From: Octopus bimaculoides
Lineage: Eukaryota
Assembly (NCBI RefSeq): GCF_001194135.2
Contig: NC_068982.1
Span: 96,902,822 to 96,966,821 of the forward strand
Direction of reading: 5' to 3'
DNA length: 64,000 bases
Below the pieces are notes generated by a model. It was not told where the DNA came from, ran no database searches, and worked only from the letters and a program-made list of their open reading frames with translations. Below, piece by piece: positions 1 through 12,635 of this stretch (positions within the stretch are counted from its first letter, which is position 1; every line of letters begins with the position of its first letter). Made by a program: the position numbers and the translations under genes.

Positions 1-744
1 TGAATGTTATGCTACCTCAGCACAAATTGTAGTTATAAAAGTACATCTGTTAAAGATGTGTTGCTTTAGCAATGTTTGTTTGTCCCACTTTTTCTCTCAC
101 TACCCACATATATTTTTCTAAAAGGAAGATTGACTGTGACATTGGAGAAAGAAACTATAAAACTAATGGAAATTGTTGACAATGCACAATGGGGAAGGGA
201 GATAATTTCAAAAGAAATGAATTATATTGGTTTCAAATTTTGGCTCAAGGCCAGCAGTTTCAGGAAAGAGAAGTAAGTTATGTTGACCCCAATACTCAAC
301 TGGTATTTATTTTATCAATCCTGAAATGATAAAAGGTGAAGTTGAGCTCAGTGGAATTTGAACTCAGGTCATAAGGACGAATGAAATGCTGTAAAGTATT
401 TTGCTCGTCATGGTAATAGTTCTGCCAGCTCTTTGTCTTAATGAATTAAGTATAACTAATTTATTTTACTTGCTTAGAGGAAAATTTAATTTTTGTTAGT
501 AGACTACTGAACATCTGCAGATATGTTTCATTATATGGATGTATCTGATAGAGTAGTAAGGTACAAATCAAATGGTAGTCAATACCTTAAAGTAGGGTGT
601 TAATTTAAATTAGTTGGCCCATTGAGCTGCAGCTTAATTAAGTCGACCATATCAGAGATACAGAGATTACTGGATCTGGTTGACTATAACTATGATGTCT
701 ACATGACTTTCACAGTAGTTGCCAATGCTTGTTTCAGTCAATCA

Positions 745-752
745 AATTATAT

Positions 753-836
<84 letters not shown>
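745..836. repeat. Compound microsatellite (TA)n-(GA)n
   Basis: Directly visible. Other (CA)n/(TA)n/(GA)n/(ATT)n tracts at about 4648-4817, 7252-7297, 11115-11170, 20688-20765, 22994-23040, 29970-30015, 52317-52402 and 63054-63110. Confidence 0.95.
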
Positions 837-838
<2 letters not shown>

Positions 839-1485
839 ATGAAAACCAGGACAGGAGGAGAAACTCTTTCAAAAACATTCCTGGCTCTCTGTGATTCTAA
901 GTTCATTTGCAATACATGACTCATTGAACAAGTGTCTTCTACCATAGCATTCAGTCAACTAAATCTGTGTGAATGAAATTTGGTTGATGAAACTGTTGGA
1001 GAGACAGTTCCCTTCTTTGGTTGGTAGACTTAATCCCATTACTCTGTTTACCATTATCAACTCCGTGATCATCGCCTCTGCCACATAACTTTTAGGTGCC
1101 TGTAGCAGAGTCTACTTTCTTGTAAGCATTTTGACCAGCTCTGAGGATAACTTACTCCCACCAGTGATGGAGGTCCTGAAAATTGCCATAGGTGCTGCCT
1201 TTCCTGCCTGACGAAGCAATTTATATATATATGTATATATATATTGTTGCTATTATGTTAAACTGTTGTATGTCCAAATTTGACCAAATGTGTTTTTCTC
1301 AATATTTATTTTCTCTTGCAATAGCCGATTCTTTTTGTCAAACTATCATATCTTCAGCTGCTTTGGATGCCAATATATCAAAAATTGTCAAAGTGTAGTA
1401 CAGCAGTTTTGCCATGGAAAGGTGAAACTAATTTTTTGTTTTCTGAAAAAGCAATGTTTTTGGGACTTGCATAATAGCCACAATA

Positions 1486-1520
<35 letters not shown>

Positions 1521-2444
1521 NNNNNNNNNNNNNNNNNNNNNNNTATAACTTTGTCTGTCTGCTCCATCATCTCATTTATTAGTTTATTACAATCCTGTAA
1601 CTCAAGGCTCATGAATTTTAGTATCATTTAGTTAATCACACTTGATTTGTTTTGTTTTTACTCAGTGGTGACAGTTTCTTGTACCTGATTTTGAATAATG
1701 ACTACAATTATTGATCATTGATTTTCAAGCCCCCCAAGATACATTATACTGGATATGCCTTGTTTTAGCATGTTTGATATCCTACTATTTAATTCCTTCA
1801 TACACTATTTAGTTGTTTATGATGCTGTGAATGTTTAGCTCATAAGCATGTGATATAGCTGTTTGAGCATGTTATTGCTAGTTTGCAGCTATTCACTTAA
1901 TTTTAATATTTCAGAAAATTCTTGGTTGAGTTTACACCAAATGCAGACTTTGTGGATTTGAACCATGTTTGGTAATTTTGATATTTTAGGACTTATTTTA
2001 TGTTAAGAATAGATGGTAAATCTCATTGTCTAGAGGTTATTCCTTGGCTTGTAACCAGCTGTTGTTAATCATGTTAGGCTTAATTAGCTCAATTAGATAG
2101 GAGTGGACTATTTCTCAGAAGGTAGATTCTTTGTGGTAAAAAAATAAATAAAAGGAAAGCTATGAGTTTATGCTAATACAAAAGAGTTGATGTCAGAATA
2201 ATGTTATTTTAATGTTAAGAAATTAAGTTAGGGAATGTATAGTTTAATTTTTCAAATTTCTTTATTACTATATATTCTTTACAGCAGGTGATCCCATAAA
2301 CAAGGAAGAACTGAAGCTGAATAAAAGCTGATGTGAATCTCTTCTCAACTTTCAGAACTAGCATCTTAACTTTTCTATACCACTTTCATCAAATTTTTGT
2401 TTGTTTAAGGTTGTTCAATTTCTACCTTATTTGATGTGTTTCAG

Positions 2445-2585
2445 TGTCATATACCAGATGGTGGCGTTGTTCCTAAGTCCCTATACATGAAAGATGATGA
2501 TGCTGATAAATCACCTGATGAACCAACCTTTGCTACAGATAGTATCTATCAGACAACTCATGTTGTTAAAGATTATCCACATGAG
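2445..2585 (+). CDS. SEC14L1: SEC14-like protein 1/5 orthologue, internal coding exon (CHIPDGGVVPKSLY...DYPHE)
   Basis: tttcag acceptor and GAG|gtaat donor, 141 nt, phase 0-0. The peptide matches the SEC14L1 segment I recall as CEVPEGGLVPKSLY...GAPHE. Upstream exons lie outside the window. Confidence 0.93.
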
Positions 2586-2805
2586 GTAATCCCTGTACCT
2601 TTTAAAAGATTGTTTTAAACTTTTCTTGTTTTTTTTTTTTCAATCATCATAGGATCTATATAATATGGCATTCTATTTTGCTTATATAATTACTTTTATA
2701 GTTTTATCCTAATTAGGATTTAGAATATGAAAATTTGTGTTTAATAATGATTTCAATGTCACTCTCAGTATAATGAATACACTTTCTGACTGTATTTATT
2801 GTCAG

Positions 2806-3051
2806 GTTTTAATCCAAGTACCCCAGAAAAACTCAGTGATCACATGGGACTTTGATATCTTGAAAGGTGACATTACTTTCACTGTGTTCCGGTGTATGAA
2901 GCAGTTACATGAACCCATTCACACTCACCATGTAACAGGAGCAACGGCAGGTATTGGTTCTGTGCAGTACATTGAGAAATCAATGGCTGTTGGTGCTGAG
3001 TTGAGCATTGTTGAGCCCCCTCATATATGTCGTGATGGTGATAGTATACAG
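2806..3051 (+). CDS. SEC14L1: SEC14-like protein exon, GOLD domain start (VLIQVPQKNSVITWDFDILKGDITF...ICRDGDSIQ)
   Basis: gtcag acceptor and CAG|gtaagt donor, 246 nt, phase 0-0. SVITWDFD.KGD and IC..G.S.Q motifs of the SEC14L1 GOLD domain. Confidence 0.95.
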
Positions 3052-3146
3052 GTAAGTGTGATATTATTTGCACTGTTAGAATATTCTTTTATTTGTTTCA
3101 GTCATTTGACTGCAAACATGCTGGAGCACCACTTTGAAGGATTTTA

Positions 3147-3440
3147 GTCGAACAGATCAGCCCCATGACTTATTTTTTAAACCTAGCACTTATTCTATCA
3201 ATCATTTTGTTGACTGCTAAGTTACAGAGATGTAAACATACCAACACTGGTTGTCAAGCGGTGATGGCGGGGACAAATACAGACACACACACACATATAT
3301 AGGATAGGCTTCTTTCAGTCTACCAAATCCACTCACAAGGCTTTGGTTGGCCTGAGGCTATAGTAGAAAATACTTGCCCAAGGTTCCACACAGTGGGACT
3401 GAACCTGGAATCATGTGGTTGGGAAGCAAACTTCTTACCC
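3147..3440 (-). mobile_element. tRNA-head SINE, GGCACCTTGGGCAAGT family
   Basis: On -, ggtaagaagtttgcttccc...GGTTCAGTCCC...ccttgggcaagt...ccaaagccttgtgagtggatttggtag. Related copies at about 13320-13480(-), 14298-14670(-), 29812-29965(+), 31219-31375(+), 32470-32630(+), 32698-32815(-) and 59470-59625(+). Confidence 0.82.
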
Positions 3441-4114
3441 TGCGTTATAAAACACATGTACAAATTTAATATTTATTAATTTTTTCTTAGGTACAAAATC
3501 AATTTTTATGGGTGTCTTGTTTCTATATATTAACTACATTATATTACTGGTACATATTTTATCTCATACACATGGTTGAGAGCCCATAAGTACTCCATGA
3601 CTCAGTCTACTGGCAATTCATTTTGGAACTGGGTACATCCAAAGGCCTTACACATAAAACAGATGATGATAACTAGGAATAGTTTGGAGGAGAGGATACA
3701 GTCACGTTACACATCAGATTCAACTGTGAGCCATTGAGAGAATGTCTTCATTAATGATCACAGTACATTTAAAATGGTTATAAAACCAGACTTCTTGAGT
3801 GACAGTCTTCTCAAGAATTCCATATGGCTACAAGATTTTCCAGGTCTTCCTATGCATTGTCAAGTCTTTCTGAAGTCTATGAAATTATATTACACATTGT
3901 AGTAGGGTCATGATAACCATTTAAAATATGCAAATACTATTGTTTTTACCCATCTTTTACTTTGAAATTGTTTCAAAACCTCTTGTCATGCATCTGTGAT
4001 CTGCTTCATTGGTAATCTATTCCAGTCTGTTGTATCTCACATATTTACAATGATGGTTCTACATACTGGCTGTATAGAAAATAGTTTGCTGTCATAGTTA
4101 TACTTTTCTTTCAG

Positions 4115-4260
4115 GGATCCATAGTAACAGGTCAACCTGGCAGTTATATCTTACAGTGGAAACATTTTGATTCAGCTAAACCTTCATTTGACTTCCCACT
4201 CTCTTCACACAAGTCCAAAGTCATGTATTATACTGAACTGCTGAAGTCAGAAGCTTTCAA
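4115..4260 (+). CDS. SEC14L1: SEC14-like protein exon (GSIVTGQPGSYILQWKHF...HKSKVMYYTELLKSEAFK)
   Basis: ttttctttcag acceptor and AA|gtaagt donor, 146 nt, phase 0-2. PG.YILQW and K.KVMYYTE motifs. Confidence 0.95.
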
Positions 4261-4678
4261 GTAAGTGCTTACTGTCTTGATGTTCTGTGTCTACTAGATC
4301 CTCTGTATTTTATTACGTCCCATTACAGTCTGAGTTTAAATTATGCCTGGATTGAATTGCCTTTCATTCTTCTGAATTTTATAAACTATAAGTGCCATTT
4401 AAATACTGGGGTCAATGTATTTGACTATAGCCATGAAGGTGGTGTTTCATCATGGCCTAAGATCATTGGATGAATAATTTGTTGCTCAATTTGATTCTCC
4501 ATATGGCCTTAGGTGCCTTTAAGGAGTCCACTCTGTTGCAAACAAGATAACTTATGAACAATGGTTTCTTCCTTCCTTTCCCACCAGTTTGTTTCAGAGG
4601 CTCTGAAAAAGGTTTTGAGCATGTTCTTCTTTCTCAGTCATACCAATACACACGCACACACACACACACACATGCACG

Positions 4679-4730
<52 letters not shown>

Positions 4731-4753
4731 NNNNNNNNNNACACACATGCACG

Positions 4754-4818
<65 letters not shown>

Positions 4819-5689
4819 CATTATCATCGTCATTTAACATCCTTTTTTTCTTATGCTGGCCTGAGTTTGATGGTTTGACAAGAACAGATGAGCCTGAGGG
4901 TTCTGCCAGGCTCTATGTTTGCTTTGGCATGGTTTCTACAGTTGGGTGCCTTTCCTAATATCAACCGTTTAACAGTGTACTGGTGCTTTTTATGTGGGGC
5001 TAGCACCTGTGAGGTCCCCAAGTACCCACAAGATAAGACCCTTCAACTGAGCTGGGTATAAACTGGAAGAATAAGAAACTATGATAGAGGGAGAGGAGCA
5101 TACTGAAGAGGTGAATACATGGCTTACCCACCTGGAAACTGAAAGAGAGAAAGGAAGAGGTGAGGTTCCAGTATGTGAATATGAAACAAAATAAGATAAC
5201 CCATGTGTGTTTTTTCTGGGCTCTCTTTTTTGTCTCCTTTCTTCTCTTCCTAGTCACTCCTGGACTTTGCTCTTGTATCAAACGAAGGGCTCTGTCTGAA
5301 AAATTATAACTTTTATTTCTTCCCTAAGTATCAACCTAATAATATTAATTGTGAATGTCTCTTGTACTTTTGTTTTTTGTATTTGCTTTGCTACATATAT
5401 CTGTGTGTGGGGGGGATGGAGAGATGGGGAGAGAGCATATTAGCAGAATGAGTAGTGAGGTGGATGTTCCAGGCCTCTGCATCCTGATAGCAATGCCTGT
5501 CAAGTTATAGTGGCCCTAAAGCACACAGCCATTGTCTTAGAAAATAAAATATTGATGGTGTGGAGAGGGGAGATTTGCATGGATGAGTATCTCTCAGTCT
5601 TCTACAAAATCTTGTCAATGGTCTGTGCATATAGATGCAGATACAGCTTTAATCCTGATTGACAGGTCAGCTCCTGAAAGAGAAAAAGA

Positions 5690-6060
5690 AATTGGGAGCA
5701 GTGTAGAAGAAAGAAAGAGAGAGAGAACAAACGAAAAGAGAGAGAGAGAGAACAAACAGAAAGACAGAGAGAGAGAGCAAATAACAAATGGAAAGAGGGA
5801 GGGAGAGAGAGAGTAAATAACAAATGGAAAGAAGGAGGGAGAGAGAGATAGAGAGCAAAGAACAAATGGAAAGAGAGAGCAGAAACAAGACAAACAGAAA
5901 GAGTAAGAGAGCAAAAGTAAGGCAGAAAGAGACAAAAAAGAGAGAGCAAAGAAGAGTAAAAAGAAAAAGAGAGAGAGAGAGAGAGCATAGAAGAGACAGA
6001 AAGTGACTGGGAGAGAAAGTAGAGAAGAGACAGAGAGAGAAGGAGAGAAGAAGAAAAGAG
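5690..6060. repeat. Purine-rich AG low-complexity tract with ~36-bp subrepeats (gagagagcaaataacaaatggaaag)
   Basis: Directly visible, in the last SEC14L intron. Confidence 0.85.
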
Positions 6061-6138
6061 TCAGAAATGAATTTGTTGGGTTTTTTTTTTCATTATAAAC
6101 CTATTTCTTTATAAATTTGTTTGTTTATTTATTTGCAG

Positions 6139-6244
6139 GGGCTCCATGAGCAGCCTTCAATCCTTTCAAAGTAGCATTTCTTCTCTGAGCATTGGAACTA
6201 ATCAGAGCAGCCAATCGGGCCTGAGTAGCTGTCCGTCCAGGTGA
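6139..6244 (+). CDS. SEC14L1: SEC14-like protein terminal coding exon (GSMSSLQSFQSS...SSCPSR*)
   Basis: atttgcag acceptor. The first G completes AAG from the phase-2 intron, followed by 34 codons and TGA at 6242-6244. Ser-rich tail starting GSM.SL.S as in SEC14L1. Confidence 0.93.
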
Positions 6245-7250
6245 TTTCAGTGGTCATCTCATCTGTGCATGGTGTTGTCTCCGATTTACTGCCCGTCTCC
6301 ACCTATACAATATTGGTTGATGTATCCCTCAGTCTGCTGCCTTCAGTTGTTGTTTTTGTTGTTGTTGTTGTGTTGTAGTAGTAGTAGTAATGGTTGTCAT
6401 TGTTCTTAGTGTAAATAACAGACTGAGAAACATATACGCACACACCACATACATTGGTACTTCACACATATATAATCATATGTCCATGAATATGTTTATG
6501 TGTAATCGTCTATAATATATCTATAATCTTGTGTAACACATATATATATATAATCCAAGAGAGTTAGGCGTTGAGGATCCAACCCACTAAGGGATAATAT
6601 ATATCCAATATACTGCTGGGAGGGTATCCAATTATTGTTACACTAGTGTTATACCAAGTGCAATAAGTGGGTGCGGGTAAAAAGGGTTTTTTTTTACCCT
6701 AAATTTATATAGCAATAAGAAAATGGAAGGGAATATGAGGTACTCATCAACTTACAGACACTATATTCCGTTGATTAATCTGTTTATTTTATAACCAAAA
6801 TGACAAAAAAGTCAATATATAGACACTTATGACATACCATGTCATATCAACAATTAAGATTTCAAATTTAATGGACATCTAGCAATTGGAGAAGGGACAA
6901 AATCTTACAGCTGTTTCGGCCTAGTGTTGGCATGCCCCANNNNNNNNNNTGTATGTTTTTATATGCCTTATATTTTTATTTTTTATTTTTATTTTATATT
7001 TGTATGTAAATTTTGCAAAATTTACATACAAATATAAAATAAAAATAAAAAATAAAAATATAAGGCATATAAAAACATACAAAAAGTATATAAAAAAACA
7101 TATAAAGAGTCATAAAAACTCATATATACATGCATATGCATGTATACATTACCATATACAGGTATACATGGATACAAACACAAATTAATCAACGGAATAC
7201 AGTGTCTGCAAGTTGATGAGTACCTCATATTCCCCTCCATTTTCTTATTG

Positions 7251-7298
<48 letters not shown>

Positions 7299-9209
7299 CA
7301 TGCATATGTATACACTATACAGATATATATTTATACACAGACTCACACACACTTAAACATATACAGTCCCTTTATTTTCTTAATGTTTCACATAAATTAT
7401 CAATTCCAGATGAGAACTTTATATATTTATTGTAAAATGGAGAGAAAGATCTGTTGCATATTCTATATTGGGAGAGAATATAGTTAGGTATAAGTTTTTA
7501 CTTAAGCTTTCCATTCCAGAATATACAATAAACTAAATAAAATAATGTATTGAGGTGTTAAGTGAATGCTTGTAACTAGAGAGAAAGCGAAAGGGTTTTA
7601 TTTCCAATAAAATGTTCGATATTAGTCAGATTATGTTGTACTGTATAATACATTAATAAAACACACACCAGAAATGTTTATAGGTAGAGATTTAGTTGAC
7701 AGTGTATTTTTCTTTTCAAAGAATGTTCCGGTGCTAAGAAAAAATATCTTATTTGCCAAATAGTGTGAGGAATTCTTGTGCAACTAATTCATAGAGTTGT
7801 TTTATATTTACCTTTGAACTACTTTACACATTTAAAAAAAATTTCTTTGAAAAATCCTGAATATCTCAATATTCTTGCTGCTGAAAATCTGGTATTTCTG
7901 TAGCAGGCCATTATTAGTGGTGATCACTGCATGGCACTAACTGTGTGTCAGCAAATCAAATCTATAAAATGTTTGGAACTGCTTCATTTATGGGTCTGAT
8001 AGTGTTTTTTAAAGGCATGAATATCATCATTTTTCACATTTCTTTCCATAGAAATTAAGATTTATCAAACAGTGAATTTTTGATTTGTGGCATATAGAAA
8101 TATTTTGAGGCTGCTGATTTTTGCTTTCCTTGACAAGAACTATTTGCTGTATGATTTTATCTTGATTCAATCCTAGTTCCAGATATTTCAGTTAATTTTT
8201 CTTCATTTGTTTTTAAACATTTTTAAAGAGTTCAGTTGTTTTTAATTTTGGGGTAAATTTCTCTTGATTTATTGTTTGTTTGTTTTATTTATGTTGATTT
8301 TAAAGAATTTGATTTAAAAATGATATGCTCTTGGTTTTATTTGGTACCTTATCATCAGTGTTTAATTTTTAAAATTTATATTTAATTAAAATGTATTTTT
8401 TTTTATAGAAGGTTGAGGATTTTCTTTATAAACTAAAAGATTTTTGTTATAAAAGTGGCTACTTATTTTTGGAAGTGATTGGGAATTATTTTCAAAGACA
8501 TTCAAAAATACATAAACTAAAAGAGTGGAACCCAAAGTGTCCTTGTTACCTATCTCTGTTTCATCCATTGTCTTAAAATTAACATCTATTCCCCCCTTAT
8601 TGCATTTCCTTCTTCCCTTTATTATTCACTAATTAATTTTTTCTTCATTTCTCACTACCTTCAATCTACTTATTCAGCATTATCAGGAAACACTTTAGGT
8701 CTCTGATGAAGAATTATGCCCAGATTCCTTTTCCATGTGGCAAAATAATGTATTCCAATTTCAAACTTGTCATCTATTCTTTTATCTCCTATTTACATCC
8801 CTTCCAAAACTCTTCTAACTACCACTAGCTAACTATCTCTTGTCCTTCATCGAGAACATCTATTTTCATCTTATTTCTCTTTGAATTCTTTGTCTTCTGT
8901 AATTCCAATGGACACAAGTCCACTTAGCTCTCATGCTCCTCCTACACTATTGACACAGAACTAGAATTATTTCCCATTCATAACTATTTGTACCAGTTAG
9001 TTTCCCTACCACAAAACCATACCTTTGATTGACACACTGACTCTTTAAACATTCTTGAAATCCTTCTCACATTTATCCAATTATCACATCTTCTGCTCTC
9101 ATTGGATTGTTTCATCATTACCTAATCAAAGTAACCCACCTCACATAATCCTACCGGTCAGGAAACATTATCCCACCAACCTCCTGATATTGAAAAATAG
9201 ATAAAGAAC

Positions 9210-9309
9210 ATTTATTGTCAAGGGTAATCTGAGAAGAACTGGAAGAACTTCAATGAGTTAGCTGATTGGAGTTTTTCCAGTTCTTCACTTATTACTCTTG
9301 GCAGTAAAT
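9210..9309 (+). ncRNA. Candidate pri-miRNA-like hairpin (unverified)
   Basis: 45-position bulge-free stem: 37 Watson-Crick pairs, 5 G:U, 3 mismatches, 10-nt loop. Confidence 0.4.
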
Positions 9310-9951
9310 ATACGTCACCTGTGACTCTTCAAGACAGCTAAACAGAAACTAACACTTTTCCATGAAGTTTGTTTCTCCATCTCTCTCACACAACCAAAGC
9401 TCACAACTCCTTAGCCCTTAAGTGGTCCATACTCTGCTGCTCTATAAATGTTTGGTAAAGAATATTGCCTACAATGAAGGAGGCAGTCACCATTATCATT
9501 TGGGACAGCCATCAGGAAAGGAAAGGCATTGGTTAGTGGCCTTAAGCATAACTATATTATTTGTGTTGATCACTGAAACTGCAAAACAAGCAATACTCAC
9601 TTCACAGTTGACAAGTTAACTGTTAGGAACAGAGCATTCCAAATATTCAACCACTTACTTCAACATTTCTTCATATATTTCCCTCTCACAGGTGCCTCCT
9701 TATTTTTGACTGTTTCTTTCTGTAAATTTCAAATCATGTTTTATAAAAAAAAAACAGAAAAGAAAAGAACATAAATGGCAGAAAGACATTCAAGTGTTTA
9801 ACATATACCAATTCTTCAAGAAAATGCCCACTCCTTTTTATCACAGCTAATTGCATCAGTAGGTTACAAATGATCAGACTTAGAAGAACACCTACTGAGT
9901 GAAAAAGTGAAGGTTTCAATTCTGCTAGTAGCATCAGTAGTACTATTCCAA

Positions 9952-10327
9952 TGGCCCAGTGGTTAGGGCAGTGGACTCGCGGTCATAGGGTCGCAGTTTC
10001 GATTCCCAGACCGGGCATTGTGAGTGTTTATTGAGCGAAACACCTAAAAAGCTCCACGAGGCTCCGGCAGGGGATGGTGGCGAACCCTGCTGTACTCTTC
10101 CACCACAACTTTCTCTCACTCTTACTTCCTGTTTCTGTTGTGCCTGTAATTCAAAGGGTCAGCCTTGTCACACTATGTCACACTGAATATCCTTGAGAAC
10201 TACGTTAAGGGTACACGTGTCTGTGGAGTGCTCAGCCACTTGCACGTTAATTTCACGAGCAGGCTGTTCCGTTGATCGGATCAACTGGAACCCTCGATGT
10301 TGTAAGCGACGGAGTGCCAACACATAC
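9952..10327 (+). mobile_element. tRNA-derived SINE, apparently full length, with 10-bp target-site duplication
   Basis: A box TGGCCCAGTGG at 9952-9962, B-box-like GTTTCGATTCC near 9996, tail ...gtgccaacacatac. TSD ACTATTCCAA at 9942-9951 and 10328-10337. CpG-rich relative to the flanks. Confidence 0.88.
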
Positions 10328-10369
10328 ACTATTCCAAATCCTTGGTGAATTACTTAACTTACTATGGTT

Positions 10370-10437
10370 GGAGCTATCTCACTGTAAATAGATACCAGGA
10401 GGAGGAGCTATCTCACTGTAAATAGATACCAGGAGGA
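10370..10437. repeat. Perfect 34-bp tandem duplication
   Basis: ggagctatctcactgtaaatagataccaggagga x2. Confidence 0.95.
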
Positions 10438-11112
10438 ATGGCTCACCTCTTTTATCGGCAGGGACCTAGTATAACTAACAAATGTTTTGTTAATTAGTAG
10501 TTCAAGGGAGCAGAATGTAATAAACATTGTACATAACAAACTTGTGATAAAACATCCTGATCAAATTAGGTTCAACTCTTACACATCAAACCTTCAACTG
10601 TTTCCCTTTAATACTCTGTACTTTTTCCACTCTATATTGATAAAATCACAAGAATTGAATGAGTAAGAGTGACACAATATTCCCTCTTAAATTTCTTGTG
10701 TCTATTAAATCTAAACTCTCTTCAGTTTTAGACATGTTGCAGAATTCTGTGTTATGTTACATTGTCTTTTGATTGTTGTATTTATCTGGTGTAATAAAGG
10801 TGGTTTATATGGAGAGGAACTGTTTTAAATGCTTTATACCTGTAATTGAGTATTTCATATTTTTAAGTACAAATCCTGCTTGGCAGTTACTTCATTTAAC
10901 TTTCTGCTCCCCTCCCCTCAGGACAATAAAATAATACCAGTAATATACTGATGTTGATTTAGTCAAGTATATCCTCTCCCCTATTTTTACAAATACTGCT
11001 CTGCACCTAGTCAAATACAAAATATTACATTATTTGGGTATTTAAAAAAAAATCATCATGTATATCTTCATATACATGATGCATTAAGTTTATCTTATTT
11101 TTATCATATATA

Positions 11113-11155
<43 letters not shown>

Positions 11156-12635
11156 CATCATCATCATCATAATATACATCATGTATCTCAGAATGGTAAC
11201 AATGTGCTCTTAGAACAAGGACACATTAAACTCATCTCTCTCTCAGCTGAGCTGAAAACAGGTACCATTCCTATGTCTTGTCTGAACAATATGTATCAAA
11301 ATTTTATAGGGAACATCTCCCATTTGATCATGGGAGATGGATTTAAACAAATAATAAAGAAATCTAGAAATGAATAGTTATATTTTAAAATCTTGGATCC
11401 AGAAATTATATTTTATTTTTAATCCCAATAATTTTTTTTTTTGTTTGCTTAATATTGAAACTGAGACTTGCAGTTAAACTTGCACTTTTTTTTAATAACC
11501 CCTATCCTTCATTCAATGAAACCATAATGTTACCATAAAAGTTCAATGAATAAAATTAAAAAATAAAACTCAATCTTCCTTTGTTTATCCAAACCTTTTT
11601 TAACAACTGATTTTTTTCTTAAGAAAAACACTTCCCTCAAATTAAATAATATATTTATTAAAGAACTCTGTTAAATAGGCAAATTAATTAATTTTCAAAA
11701 GTCAGATAAGGATTTCAATAAAATATCAATATACCTCCAAAATTAATTTTATTTTATTTTGCTGAGGGAAAAAAATGTTAAAACAAATTGACATGAATTT
11801 ATTATACAGTTTGCTTATTGTGGCTATCGTTTAATAGAATAATAACAAAAGTAAGCAAACTGAATATTGCTATAGTATGTTGTCATTAACAGATATTTTT
11901 TCCAAAATGGTCTCCTTTTCCAGGCCAGAGATAATGTTTTAACTCCTTAGTCTATGTCAATGTGACAATCCTTTTTGCTTCAGATGCTGCTAATGCTAGT
12001 TTATTTGCTTGCTTGATGTTACATGTTACCATCACTAATCTCTTTCAATTTTGGTGATTATCATTAAATTTATTAACTTTTAACATTGGCACAAGGCCAT
12101 AAATTTTGCAGAAAGGTGTCATTGATTACACTAACTTCAGTGCTTGATTGCTACTTTATTGTCTCTTGAAGGCAAAGTTCATTTCAGCAGGATATTAAAT
12201 TTCAATTACCAGAAAGTACGATCCATACCTTCCAGTCAGTCAGTCAGTTTGATGAAGATTATCACTCTCTATGCTACACTCACAGGATAATTTAAATTAC
12301 ATTCTGGAAACTGATGAAACATTCAGCAATTTAACAGTGCTACTGCTGCTTACAAATATTGAACTATTCTTACTTTGTAGAATCTATTTTCAATAAGTTA
12401 TACTGGGTCATTTGAAAGTGAGATTTGTTAACCACCTGGCATTAGATGGTATGCCTCCTATAACTAAAAGATAGAAAAACTCACCACATCCTTCAGCTAG
12501 TTGCCTAATGCCTGATTGACTCAGCCATGTATGATTTTGAACCTTTGTGCACAGGAACCAAGTTAATCCTTTTTTTGATAGTGAGGTACTTTCTGGAATT
12601 TTCCACATTTCTTATGACATAGTATACACATTATT

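Noticed and set aside
622-945. ORFs with YI/ER/SL/HT/CV dipeptide runs (also 4554-4958, 5583-6006, 29840-30376, 52282-52652)
   Set aside because: They are translations of microsatellites and low-complexity tracts.
4648-4817. Direct duplication of (CA)n-CATGCACGCACG on both sides of a 10-N gap
   Set aside because: Most likely overlapping contig ends left unmerged in the assembly.
9952-10025. tRNA gene
   Set aside because: A and B boxes are present, but the sequence continues into a 376-bp TSD-flanked SINE body and the cloverleaf is imperfect.
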